A stretch of DNA of 64,000 nt from Octopus bimaculoides. Its lineage: Eukaryota. Where the stretch lies: positions 28,543,290 through 28,607,289 of the forward strand of contig NC_069003.1 in assembly GCF_001194135.2 (NCBI RefSeq), read 5' to 3'. Position numbers and translations under genes: made by a program. The notes below the pieces were generated by a model, which saw nothing but the letters and a program-made list of their open reading frames with translations, had not been told where the DNA came from and did not search any database. Of the stretch, positions 41,172 through 54,040 are shown in pieces; position 1 is the stretch's first letter; the number at the start of each line of letters is the position of its first letter.

Positions 41172-41370
41172 TAGCATAGGTACAGGGACAGAAATTTGAG
41201 GTGAATTGATAGGCATTTAAATCGACCGCTGTACTTGACATATACTTTATTTTATTGATCGCGCAAATATGAAAGGTAAAGTTGATCTCTGCAGGATTTC
41301 AGCTCAGAACATAAAAAGTGACAACAAATACCGCAAGGCATTTTGTTCGTTGTTAATCCGCTGCCTTTTA
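41172..41370 (-). mobile_element. Old SINE family C copy
   Basis: atgaaaggtaaagttgatctc...ctcagaacataaa...ataccgcaaggcatttt matches the reverse complement of 59975-60189. Confidence 0.7.
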
Positions 41371-42596
41371 ATAATATCATTATTAATAAAAAGAGCACTA
41401 ACTTACTCAATGGAGACAACTATGAAATTTTAATTAATCTTACATCCGTGATGAGAAAAACACGCTGTTATCTCAATGAGCATCTCCGCTCAAGAAAAAG
41501 AGGAGGATATCCTCAGGAATTTTAATTTATTAAAATTGATTAAAAATTAATAATATCACAGCATGTCTAACAGAATTTATTATCTTCATGAAAATAAAAA
41601 TCATTTTTGTTTTTATCTTTACAAATTTGGTAATCTCCTCTAAATATTGAATGTCATTTAAATTAATTTAAGTCTTTCAATAATGGGGGCCCACTTTAGC
41701 CCTCTTTGTCACTATGAGCCTTAATAGTGTTAATGAGTTTTGTGGATATTAATCAACAATGTTTTCATTAGCAGAGGAGTTTTCAAATATCAAAGGAGAG
41801 CGTTCCTGATTTCCGGCGTTTCGAAAAATAAGCATCTATACGGTCGCCTAATCTTGCAATGGCTGCCAAATTCCCTTAAATCACATCCAGCCTTTTAAGC
41901 AAGAGGGAAAAAATCTTGATGCGTTTGTTCGAAATCCTAGAAATAGCATCCCAAATCATCTCACTCATATCACATCTTACCATCTTAAGCAAGCTCAAAT
42001 TACATATAGTCCAAGATACATTATATATGAATGAAGGTTGTGGATGCTAATAGCTGCAATGCACTTATTTATAATTTTGCTATATTAGGGACCAGGTTTG
42101 GGGGACGAAAACCATCGTAAACAAGGATATATTGGACAATGAAGTCTCTGATATACAAAAATATAGGAAGGTGTGCTCAGACTTCCATTACTTTTAATCT
42201 AATATCTACATTGTTGTCCTGGGGCGAGGAGCTACAACACAGACAAACAGGAGCAAAACAAACAAGTAAACAATTACAACATCAGTGTCTTCAGTAGATA
42301 TTAGATCACAACATTTGTTCTGCACAGTACACCAGCTTTAAAGTGGTGAGTTTATATTGAAAAGGCTTTATTTTAAAAGGACATTCTCTATAATTATTAT
42401 ACATTTAAATGCTGCTCACCAACAGCCATGTGTGGGCGCTTCAGCAGAGCGGAATATTATATATGTATATATATATATATNNNNNNNNNNNNNNNNNNNN
42501 NNNNNNNNNNNNNNNNNNNNNNNNNNNNNNNNNNNNNNNNNNNNNNNNNNNNNNNNNNNNNNNNNNNNNNNNNNNNNNNNNNNNNNNNNNNNNNNN

Positions 42597-42672
<76 letters not shown>

Positions 42673-42918
42673 TTGTGCACGCACATACTTATGGTGTCTT
42701 CGGGCGATTGTCTCTAACTTTTATTATAATGCCTTTCTCTTCCCGATATTATCATGTTCCTAGACACTAGGACCTAGAGTGTTGTTGTGAATCCCGGGAA
42801 TTTTAACACGCCAAACTAATGTAAGTCTTTAGGACCTAATCATTCACGAAAAGGAAATGACAAATGAATGACCCACACCGTTAATGTGACATGTATTTAC
42901 ACCGAGAACAAACTTCAA

Positions 42919-43081
42919 GAGCGGTTCGGCAAAGAAAGAATGAGAGAATAAGTTCCAGGCTTTTAAAAAAATAATCAGTATTTGGGTCGATTCATTCCAC
43001 TAAAAAATCCTTCAAGTCGGTGTCCCAGCATGGCCGCAGCCTAATGATTAAAACAAGTAAGACGTAGAAGATAAAAGATAT
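42919..43081 (+). mobile_element. SINE family B 3' tail fragment
   Basis: ggttcggcaaaga...gggtcgatt...cccagcatggccgcagcctaatga...agataaaaga; shorter tails also at 4405-4450 and 58405-58465. Confidence 0.7.
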
Positions 43082-44057
43082 TCCAATATCAGTTTCCCTA
43101 AATTATTGTTCGTGTTGTTATTATTTAGCTTTCCGGTCACTCCTCATTGTCCTGTTTTTGTTTTGTCTTTGTTTTTACAAGCATCTTGTATAATGCTAGA
43201 TTGGTTGGCGAACGCAGTGTTAAATATTTTAGATTTTAAAAACTCTACCCTATGATTTGATGGCAATTTGGCTGCTCTTTCTAGTAGATCAAGTGGTCTT
43301 ACGTAAGTCTTTATCGAAGAAACGTTATGAGTGTTAAATGACTTGAATATTGAATACTCTAGCAATTGTAAACCTAAACAATAGCATAAAGGCTTTTGTC
43401 TCACAGTAAAATTTTCTATACGCATTGCATTCTGAGAGGCATTACCGCCTTAGTTGTTCAATAAATCTTCATTTCAAAGAATTTAGCGGATTCTGATCTT
43501 TGTTGATGTGCAAACGCTATAAATGTATCAAAATACAATTGAATATATTTATATTATTCCGAATTGAATTTCCCAAGGTCTATACTCTCTAAGAAAGCTG
43601 CTATCTTTGAACGAATTGGCCATCCGTTAGTTCTTAAATGCAAAATCCCAGGAAATTCAATGGAACAAACAACTGCTTATCAGTTGAAAGTTTTACTGTT
43701 GGAAAATGCATTTTTAGTTTTGGCAAATATCACTTAATCGAATTCCAGTTTTCAAAAGTATTTCTAATGAAATGATTATACGTTTATAACTTAAGTAACT
43801 ATATGATTAAACATATATAATGACTCATATTTATATGTGGGTTTCTGAAGTGTGTATTAAAGCTGCAGAATTTGTTTAATTTTTTTTAAAAACTCATGTG
43901 GGATCGCCTACGTATGTATTCCATGTAGCCATAAGTAAATAACGTAAAACTATGTTGCTGGGGTTTCAGTCATAAGAGATCTAAACTCCTGTAACATTCA
44001 TTGCTGCCTTCAAGTTGTATCAGTGCATAAATATATAAATGCCTTATTCTGACCTGA

Positions 44058-44528
44058 TAACAGCTATTATCATTATTTTTTAAAAGGTTTTGCACGTTCT
44101 TACGATCGTTTCATAAATATACTACCTCTCAAAATGAAATCTAAAGTTGATAAGTAATATGAGGATGTATATCCACTCGTCAGAGAAAAGGATGAATTTC
44201 AGTGTAGTAAATCGAATGATGAAAATGCTATTTGAAATCGGATGAGAAAGGTATTGTTTAAAACGTAATTGGTATAAATCTTTGTTGGTATAGATTTGAC
44301 CTAAAAAGTTTGAAAAAATAAAAATAAATCCATGGTAAAAATCCGTTTTTAAATAGCATTACCATCATTCAATTTACTACACTGAAATTCATCTGACGAG
44401 TGGATATACTTCCCAATAATGTTTACCAAATTTAGATTTCATTTTGTGAGGTAGCCTATTCTTGAAACGATCGTAAGAAGTTTCAAATTTTTAAAATAAT
44501 TTTTCTTTTAATGATCATAGTGTACCTT
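44058..44528. mobile_element. Palindromic MITE with ~175-bp inverted arms (possibly Kolobok/T2-like)
   Basis: 44058-44233 pairs with the reverse complement of 44351-44528 (ttcttacgatcgtttca, ctacctc.caaaatgaaatctaaa, tatatccactcgtcag, atgaatttcagtgtagtaaat); right end gtgtacctt. Confidence 0.75.
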
Positions 44529-44616
44529 ATCTATTTATTTATTAACAAAATGTTGCTTATATCACGGATTTATCTCTACTGTGATATTTAAGATATAACT
44601 TCTCCTATTTTTACTC

Positions 44617-44703
<87 letters not shown>

Positions 44704-46339
44704 CAGATAGATATAGATATACAGAGACATATACATACACCTCGATTTTTATAGGAGTTACAACCTAGAATAATTGGTGTGATTGATGGTATTACTGAAA
44801 ACCAGCTGTTCTCCAAACAACCCTCAGCTTTACCTGAAACATTTTTCGGCTCCCAGGTCTCTTCTGTCAATTATCCCATTTTAAATATCTTTTTTTGTTT
44901 TGTCTATACCATGTAGTATTTGATGAATGTTACCGAAAAATTTACTTTTCGATTAGACCGTCCACAATGATACGAGCCGATTGACTTCTCGCATGTAAAC
45001 TTTTCGTTTCGTTTTCGAAAATTTATTCGAGAAATAAATACAAATGAGATTTTAAAATTTGTCTTGCGCATGTCCATCAAAGGGAATCAATGATGGCACA
45101 CTTCCTTGATAGCATCATCGAAATAATAATGGGGCTTTGTGGAAGAAGAAAAATACATTCACATACAACCTAAGTACTGATCGAGCGTCATCAAACATGC
45201 ATCCATGGCGGAATACATGTATCTCATAATGCTGATAAATACATACATACATATAAGATGGGCTTCTTGTCAGATTGTAGAAAGCATTCGTTCGAAAAAT
45301 CGAACCAGGTTTATAGAAATAATTTCATAAGTACACGGTGAAATATGCGCTTACATTTAGGAAATTGATTTTATATACAGCGTTAAAGCGTGTATTTGAG
45401 AATAATATGTGGTATAAAATAAATAATATATAATAATGTATTATGTCGTATATAACATTCCCTAACATAAAACTGCACATCAAAAACTTCTGTTTGGTAG
45501 CATTGTTCCTTATTTATATATGTAAAAAGTATGGAAACGAATGAATCATTCTTTTAGAATTAATTTATAGATTAAGTTACTGGACAACTAAAGTTTGTGT
45601 TTAGACGTGGAATAACCAAAAAGAAAATATAAAAATATTCGCTCATAATGTTGGTAGCGAATCTCATTCCTTCGTATCGTGTCAGTTAAGTCATATGCTT
45701 CTCCGGCTACATAATTCTTTTCAAATGCACCCCTCTCCCACAACAGAACAGCAACGAAAGTCCTCATATTATATTGATGATTTTACTTTACTATCTTAAT
45801 GTATTTAGTATTGAATAGTCGCTCGTTTATGAAATTGTCGTGTCTGTCTCTAATGCAGTAGAAATAACGAACTTGATATCAGGTGACCAAAACAAGAAAC
45901 ACTAAATGATAAATAAACATACTTAATAAGAGCCCAAAGAAATGCTATCACATTAAAGTAGAATTTAAAAAAATGATAGTTGGCCAAATGACATTTATTT
46001 CGTAGAAGAGACCAAGAAAAATAATCGATAGTTTCAAAGCACAGCGTATATATTTACCTAGTTTTGTTTTGATACAAATTTTGTCTTTTTCTTCTCTTTC
46101 GTCTAATCTCAAGGCATGCTGGACTAATGAAAATTTAATGCATATGGATCTAAGATATTACCAACAATCCAATGTAAATACTATTATCAAGTTTCAACGA
46201 AGCACGAGAGACGAACCTACTGATACGAACAATCACGAATGCATATACCATACACACACATATCTGCACGCATACATGAGGGTGTGCATAACCCTGCCAT
46301 CCATATGAATATATATGAGCCTCTGTGTGTGTGTGTATG

Positions 46340-46630
46340 TGTGTGTGTGTGTGTGTGTCTTTTATCTTTTACTTGACTCAGTCACTGGACAACATCCATG
46401 TTTGGTAATTGCTTTGAAGGGTTTTAATGTGACAATGCACCCTCAGTACTAAAATCTGGCACTATTCCATCGATCATATCTACCGAATCGCTAGATCATA
46501 AGGATGTTGCTGGGTTCAGTCCCCCTGCATGCCACCTTGGGCAAGTGTCTCCTAATAAAGCCTCGGGCCGACCAAAGCCTTGTGAATGAATTTGTTAGAT
46601 GAAAACGGAAAGAAACTCGTCTCATCGTAT
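46340..46630. mobile_element. SINE family B tail (-, 46340-46500) joined to family B head/CORE-like part (+, 46505-46630)
   Basis: gggttcagtcccc..caccttgggcaagtgtct..agcctcgggccgaccaaagccttgtga on +; cttttacttg..cagtca.tggac..ccatg on -. Confidence 0.65.
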
Positions 46631-47054
46631 AAATAAATAAATACACACACACACACATATATACAATGCCAATATTAAAGTGTATCTATCCCGATTCAAA
46701 AATATTCTTTGCCTAAGCGTAAACAGGGATACAGGAAGAAGTTTGCACAAATGAACGAATAGACACCTCGACAGATTTCCTCCAAGGCTCGAGCAACAAT
46801 CCAAAATTTTGTAGCTGTAGCTACGGTAGCAAATGCATTCAAATCCTTCTGCTAATTAGAAAGAACACAAATAGACAGCAAGATTTCTACATTTTCCGAG
46901 ACAAAAGCAGAAAGTATGTAGTATGTAAAAATAATCTCAAATTATCTTGAAATATTTCGAGTAATATCACTTTAAGTGAAATTGTCAGTCTATGGTCTTA
47001 AACAGGAGTTGTCTAACTCTTCGTTCACTTAGTCGGTTTTGTTCAAATAAGCCC

Positions 47055-47483
47055 GGGCATGGCTGTGTGGGTTAGACGCTTCCTTCCTAACCATGTGGTC
47101 TTATGTTCAGTTCCAAGACATATATATATATATATATAGATAGATAGATAGATGCCCGATCATATATGTGTAATAAAATAAAAAATCGGGTGAACTTTCT
47201 GGACACCCTGTATGTGTGTGTGTGTGTGTCTGCCTGAGTGCATGGGTGCGTGTGTATGCGTGTTTGCCTTATTGCATTCTGTCTGTAACCGCCACCACCG
47301 CTTGACAACTAGTGTCGGTTTGATTACGAGTCTGTAACTTAGCAATTCGGTAAAAGATTCCGATAAAATTGTATCAGATTTAAAAAAATTAATACTGAAA
47401 GCAGTCAGTTCGACTAAACTGATGTAGGTAATTGCCCCAGCATGGTCTCAGTCCAATGGTTGAAGCAAGTAAAATATAAAAGA
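47055..47483 (+). mobile_element. SINE family B with deleted 5' body and a Tc1/mariner end fragment (..ggacaccctgTA) in its microsatellite
   Basis: Head ggcatggctgtgtgg, tail ccccagcatggtctcagtc...gtaaaatataaaaga; 47155-47212 ends in a tacagggtgtcc-type TIR. Confidence 0.6.
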
Positions 47484-48130
47484 TACATCTTAATCTTGTA
47501 ACAAAAAAAATCTAATTGAAAATTTAGATAAAAGAACAATTGAAAAATAAGAAAACTTCGTTTTATTAATCGCATTATTATTGACTGTTCAAATTTCAAA
47601 TTTAATTACGTCACTATGTATAAAATATCATGTATCTTCTTTAACATTTATTTAGATCGGGTATTCAGAAATAACAAAAAGAACAAAAAAAAAAATATAT
47701 ATTTTTATTAATCACATTAACTTTCGCTTTTAAATAAGTTAATTTCATCGCTTACTATACATTTCACATAAAGTCTTATAAATTAGAAACGCAAAATCCG
47801 ACACAAGTTCTAATTGGAAATCATGTTTGGCCGATTTCCGTAGTCTGTCGCTGGATATTACTACGATTCGATTCGGGTATGTGATGTTGATAAGCCACAA
47901 AAATGGCGAAACATCGATGTCTATCAATCTTTAATTTGATCTGGGGTGGGTTATCGATTGTAGATGCGTTTTAGAGATGTCTCTGTATTTCTAAGTGGTA
48001 GAATGGTATCTTAGGATATTCCCATTTGACTGAAAGATATTTGCGATGTATGTGAGGGAATAAAGTAACTCCAGATTTGTATGGCGCGTTAACGATTCTC
48101 TAATATTGCTGCCTTTTCATTTTGTAGATA

Positions 48131-48312
48131 ATTCTTTCGACTATAGGCAGAAGGTGGGAAAATTTAGCAGAGCGTGGATTAGTCGATTATTTTATCGACT
48201 CCGATTGGATGAGAGGCAAAGTCGACCCCAGCAGAATTTGAACTCCGAACGGAAAGACAGACGAAATGCTGTGAAGCATTTTACTCAGCATCCTGCCAGT
48301 GCACCGCCTTAA
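48131..48312 (-). mobile_element. SINE family C copy
   Basis: ggcaaagtcgacc..aatttgaactc.gaacg.aaagacagacgaaat aligns with the reverse complement of 59975-60189. Confidence 0.75.
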
Positions 48313-48616
48313 CATTTTAAAGATTAAAGCATTAAGTTTCGTTAATGTTGTCAGGATTTTTTTTTTTATTTATTGTAATTTTCTTCAAAATACCGACCGC
48401 AATTTCACACATTCATGACAGTCGCCTGTTTGAAATTATAACACTTTAATATTAATTCTACCCCGTTACATTCATCAAACGTATGTTCTCTTCATTTATT
48501 TCTTTTTAATCCTCGAAAGCTTTTAATTACGAGAAAATTTATTATGCAAATTGAACCAAATCGCCGGCTGAATATAACTCGAAACATTTTATTACATTAA
48601 AGTAACNNNNNNNNNN

Positions 48617-48629
48617 GCTCTTCCGATCT
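48617..48629 (+). other. Illumina adapter remnant at a contig start (assembly artefact)
   Basis: Exact GCTCTTCCGATCT immediately after a 10-N gap. Confidence 0.85.
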
Positions 48630-49242
48630 CAGAAAAAAAACAAAAAAACAAAACAAAAAGGAACAACAGAAAACATTCTCATTAAGGGTTATTTTTAGAT
48701 GGCGTAGGGAATGTAGTTCCACATTTTATTGACAGAGCTTATAATAGTTGCAATGATCTGCTTTATTTCTGTGCACCTGTATAAAAGTGCTCTAGTCGTA
48801 TGCTTCGTGGTTAGATGCATCAGACATAAAATACACAGAGATGATTTTTTTTTATGTCAGTATCATAAGTGTTATTCATTGTGTGAGGGGTAGCATTTTT
48901 ATAGAATGGAATCGAACTGAAAGAAACAGAATTTGAAATTGCTTCCATTTAGATTTCAAATTAAAATTAATTCAAAGATAACTTTTTTTTTAATGAATAC
49001 ACTAATTCCCCCTAGTTAGTTTAGATTTGTTTCTTTAATTTTTTTTCCCGTAATCCATTTATTTCATATAATTTTATTTTGGAATGAGACTTTAATAGAA
49101 TTTAAAAATAGCAAATGAAAAGCTGAGTATTATGTGTGTGTAGATGTATGTCCGTGCTTTTGTATGCAACTATATATAGTTACAAACAAGGAGAATAGAG
49201 TGAGAAGTTCCTTTAACTATATCACATCAATTTACAATCGTT

Positions 49243-49437
49243 TCATTCAAATCCGATCTCATCTAGGAATGATGCCTTGCTTTTATGGAAACATGGTATA
49301 ATTACATTATTTACATTTGACGGATATTCGTCCTCATTTTGTTTGTTGTTAACACAACGTTTCGGCTGATATACCCTCCAGCCTTCGTCAGGTGTCTTGG
49401 GGAAATTTCGAACCTGGGTTCTCATTCCTATCGATGT
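49243..49437 (-). mobile_element. Penelope-like element pLTR/3' UTR fragment (inverted)
   Basis: Contains a minimal hammerhead motif and lies beside a PLE GIY-YIG C-terminus. Confidence 0.65.
49351..49396 (-). ncRNA. Minimal type I hammerhead ribozyme (PLE-type)
   Basis: Minus strand GACAC-CUGACGA-A-GGCUG-gaggguauau-CAGCC-GAAA-CG-UU-GUGUU: core CUGANGA/GAAA, 5-bp stem II, palindromic AACGUU stem III, 5-bp stem I, NUH triplet GUU. Confidence 0.78.
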
Positions 49438-49440
49438 TAC

Positions 49441-49504
<64 letters not shown>

Positions 49505-49512
49505 GTTACTAT

Positions 49513-49634
49513 TATACGAAAACTAAAAGAAGCAGCACATATGCTAGGACACAACAACCTCCTAAGCAGACCGAGTGCAGATATGAATAGCATATGGGAA
49601 CCGGTATTGAGGAAGGATAGAAAAATAATAGATT
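49513..49634 (+). mobile_element. Penelope-like element GIY-YIG C-terminal fragment
   Basis: IRKLKEAAHMLGHNNLLSRPSADMNSIWEPVLRKDRKI fits the PLE C-terminal pattern RKIKEAIxI....NxxNRDxG..LSxxWxPxL; truncated by an N gap. Confidence 0.7.
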
Positions 49635-51092
49635 NNNNNNNNNNNNNNNNNNNNNNNNNNNNNNNNNNNNNNNNNNNNNNNNNNNNNNNNNNNNNNNNNN
49701 NNNNNNNNNNNNNNNNNNNNNNNNNNNNNNNNNNNNNNNNNNNNNNNNNNNNNNNNNNNNNNNNNNNNNNNNNNNNNNNNNNNNNNNNNNNNNNNNNNNN
49801 NNNNNNNNNNNNNNNNNNNNNNNNNNNNNNNNNNNNNNNNNNNNNNNNNNNNNNNNNNNNNNNNNNNNNNNNNNNNNNNNNNNNNNNNNNNNNNNNNNNN
49901 NNNNNNNNNNNNNNNNNNNNNNNNNNNNNNNNNNNNNNNNNNNNNNNNNNNNNNNNNNNNNNNNNNNNNNNNNNNNNNNNNNNNNNNNNNNNNNNNNNNN
50001 NNNNNNNNNNNNNNNNNNNNNNNNNNNNNNNNNNNNNNNNNNNNNNNNNNNNNNNNNNNNNNNNNNNNNNNNNNNNNNNNNNNNNNNNNNNNNNNNNNNN
50101 NNNNNNNNNNNNNNNNNNNNNNNNNNNNNNNNNNNNNNNNNNNNNNNNNNNNNNNNNNNNNNNNNNNNNNNNNNNNNNNNNNNNNNNNNNNNNNNNNNNN
50201 NNNNNNNNNNNNNNNNNNNNNNNNNNNNNNNNNNNNNNNNNNNNNNNNNNNNNNNNNNNNNNNNNNNNNNNNNNNNNNNNNNNNNNNNNNNNNNNNNNNN
50301 NNNNNNNNNNNNNNNNNNNNNNNNNNNNNNNNNNNNNNNNNNNNNNNNNNNNNNNNNNNNNNNNNNNNNNNNNNNNNNNNNNNNNNNNNNNNNNNNNNNN
50401 NNNNNNNNNNNNNNNNNNNNNNNNNNNNNNNNNNNNNNNNNNNNNNNNNNNNNNNNNNNNNNNNNNNNNNNNNNNNNNNNNNNNNNNNNNNNNNNNNNNN
50501 ATATATATATATATATATATAAATTTTCCGCCTGCCAAATTCCAAATTCACTCACAAGTCGTAGCTGAGCTCGGGCCTGCAGGCTGCAGTAGTAGAAATC
50601 CCAAGGTCCCGCCCAGTGAAAGTGAACGCGAAACGACGTGGTTGTAAAGCGAGCATTTTTTTAACCACACAAGTATGTCAAGAAAAAAAAAAAAGAAGTC
50701 AAATTAACTACCCTGCTTGCTCTGCAAATGAGGCATCATATCAATGATTATCGATTGTGTGCCGCCTCATAAAGAATCAGAATAAGAAAAATGAAAAAAA
50801 GAAAAAAAAAAATCAAAACAATATTTCCGAATTATGAACTGTGATCTCTGCCTTTCTGGTTTGTTAAAGTTGCCAATTAGCTTTAATCTAGGTTACAATT
50901 ATTTTCCTTTTATTTAACAACACTAATGTCATTTAGAAAGACATAGCACTCATAAGTACACATTCACTCTGTTGCTAAAACGACAAGACTGTTTAATCTA
51001 AATTATCTGCCACCGAGTGCTAAATTAGGGAAGATATGTGGCTGAGTAGGCAAAGTACTATATAACAAGACGAGAATTTAGGATACGTATGC

Positions 51093-51225
51093 TATGCTCA
51101 GTATCATGTTAGGGTCCAGTTTTTATATTATGCTCAGCATTGTGTTAGGGTCCTGGTTTATATACAATGGCCACCATTGTGTTAGTGCCAGTTGTGATAC
51201 TTTGTGTTAGAGTCCAGTACCCTAA
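51093..51225. repeat. Degenerate ~36-bp minisatellite (core ttgtgttagggtccag, 4 copies)
   Basis: Units start at about 51093, 51129, 51165 and 51201. Confidence 0.7.
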
Positions 51226-51597
51226 ACTCTCAAATGATACAATCTACAGTGCACTTAATTGTAAATAAATATGGTTGTGTATGGAACAACCCGCCGTTTT
51301 AGACAGCAGTAATGCTATTAATTCGACGAGTGAATCAACAAATATTTTTGGTGGTTATAAGCTCTCTTGTGGGAACAGTTACACTGTGATAGACCCGCGT
51401 CATGTGCACGTGTAGCGTTTTCGTTTAACTGAAGATAAATACCTGACCTCGCGGGGTAAAAGTATATACTAGATTAATTACTCTGATATGAGTTAATGCT
51501 GACAACAATATGCACCTAATAAGTTTTTCGTACATTGAACTAAGGTCGATGCAATCACCTAACCCCAATCCTGAAAGTGCGGGGAATTGTGCGAAAA

Positions 51598-51755
51598 TTC
51601 GAAAGCATTATCTTGAAATTAATATAAATATATAAATATACAAAAATAGTTCGAAACCATTATCTTGAAATCAATATGACTATATAAATATATATAAAAT
51701 GGTCCGAAACCAACCATTATCATGAAATTGATATAAATGTAAAAAAATGTTTCGA
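51598..51755. repeat. Degenerate ~52-bp tandem repeat, 3 copies
   Basis: Core cgaaa(c/g)cattatc(t/a)tgaaat recurs at about 51600, 51652 and 51705. Confidence 0.75.
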
Positions 51756-52521
51756 TGATAGAGATCACAGTTCACAAGACTTGAATATTGTTTTTGAATC
51801 TAATTTTAGTTTCTGATTTTTGATGAGGCAACATGAGCGAAAGCTGGACATCCGTAGAATCATACAATGAAATACATTAATATAAATCTGTATATGGACA
51901 TATCATACACTGAAGTGAGGTTGTACATGCATAGGGGTGAGAGAAGACAGTCGACCGCATGAAGTCCAATATTTGACAGAGTCTTGCTCTATGGAACACC
52001 ACACTATCACCATCAGGTGACATGGAAGAGAAATATATAAATTAATAAATATGGAAGTACGAAGTACTTCAAAGTCATCGGTGGAATCCGTTGGAAACAA
52101 TAGCTCATGGCTCCCTCTCGCAAGAGCCTCCCTCTTGCATTTTAAACCCGGATATATTAGGTTTTAAATTGGATAATGGATTTTTGAGTGATGGTTACGT
52201 CTGCATCACCATTGATCAGATCTGCGGATCACTTTTGTCGAAGCGTTAAACAACGATGTAAACAAGAACATGAAACATAAATACAGTAGTAGAATGATTG
52301 GTAAGCAAAGCATAAGAACGAAAAACGATGCTGGTTCGAAACGACGTTTTACCGCAAAGAATACAAGTAGCAACTCAAACCTGTAGCATCAACAAACAGT
52401 TATATAATTATATATCTATACATATATTTCATATATCAAACGCAAGCTGTTATATTTAATTTGTTTATCTGCATAATTGCTTCTATATATCTATACATGA
52501 ATATATGTACATTTACACACG

Positions 52522-52582
<61 letters not shown>

Positions 52583-52682
52583 NNNNNNNNNNNNNNNNNN
52601 NNNNNNNNNNNNNNNNNNNNNNNNNNNNNNNNNNNNNNNNNNNNNNNNNNNNNNNNNNNNNNNNNNNNNNNNNNNNNNNNNN

Positions 52683-52727
<45 letters not shown>

Positions 52728-53551
52728 CACATAAATGTACATACATAGATACATACATATAGATATATATTCAGGCACACACACACACGCATATTTATAC
52801 TTTCATACGTATGCATAAACATTCATATATATGCATATATATACATATGTAAGCGTTCATTCATTTGTATACATAAGCGTTCATACACACGTATACATAC
52901 ACCCACATGCACAAGCTAATACACACACAGACACATGCACATATACATAATACAGATTTATACGTATGCATACACAAGCATTAATAATAGATGCCTACAT
53001 ATACATATATGCACAAACAGCTACACACACAGTCACACACGCACGCATACACACAGACATATATACTTTCATACGTATGCATACATAAGCATTCACGCAT
53101 ATACATACATATACATACACGCACGTGCTCCTACACACACATACACACGCATAAATGCCTTCCGTTAGAACATACACAAATCTATATCTAATTTAGTAAT
53201 ACTATATAAATCTAATTACACCATCGATGAAGCAATATGCTTCTAGACAGTAACCCTTTCTTCTTCTTCACAGCAAATCAGGGTGGACCCCGCCATCATT
53301 CTCCGCTACAATTATTTGTTAAGATAATTAATTGTTCTCTTCACCACAGGTGTAAATTTTATTAACTAAAACCTCTCGCATTACTGCGTTAAGTATACCA
53401 GCGCCCACTTATTCCATTTTGCGAACTCTCTGTAAATATTGAAAATATGGCTGAATACTCCAAGTCAAACACTGTTACTGTCACCCAGTGTATTGAATCG
53501 ATGGCCTTTAACACGTGCATTTGTAGATCTGAGTAGTAAGACGCAATATAT

Positions 53552-53584
<33 letters not shown>

Positions 53585-54003
53585 TATATATANNNNNNNN
53601 NNNNNNNNNNNNNNNNNNNNNNNNNNNNNNNNNNNNNNNNNNNNNNNNNNNNNNNNNNNNNNNNNNNNNNNNNNNNNNNNNNNNNNNNNNNNNNNNNNNN
53701 NNNNNNNNNNNNNNNNNNNNNNNNNNNNNNNNNNNNNNNNNNNNNNNNNNNNNNNNNNNNNNNNNNNNNNNNNNNNNNNNNNNNNNNNNNNNNNNNNNNN
53801 NNNNNNNNNNNNNNNNNNNNNNNNNNNNNNNNNNNNNNNNNNNNNTATATATATATATATATATATATATTGTAATAAGCAATATGTGTGCACAAAGTAA
53901 ATGATAATACAAAGAATATTAGAAGACAAAGCATAGCTATGAGTAATCCTCTTTTGTTCAGAAATCGGAACGACCAGTTGCATGAACAACACACACGCGC
54001 AAT

Positions 54004-54040
<37 letters not shown>

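Noticed and set aside
51093-51755. CRISPR-like repeat/spacer pattern
   Set aside because: Eukaryotic context, degenerate head-to-tail units without unique spacers, no cas genes
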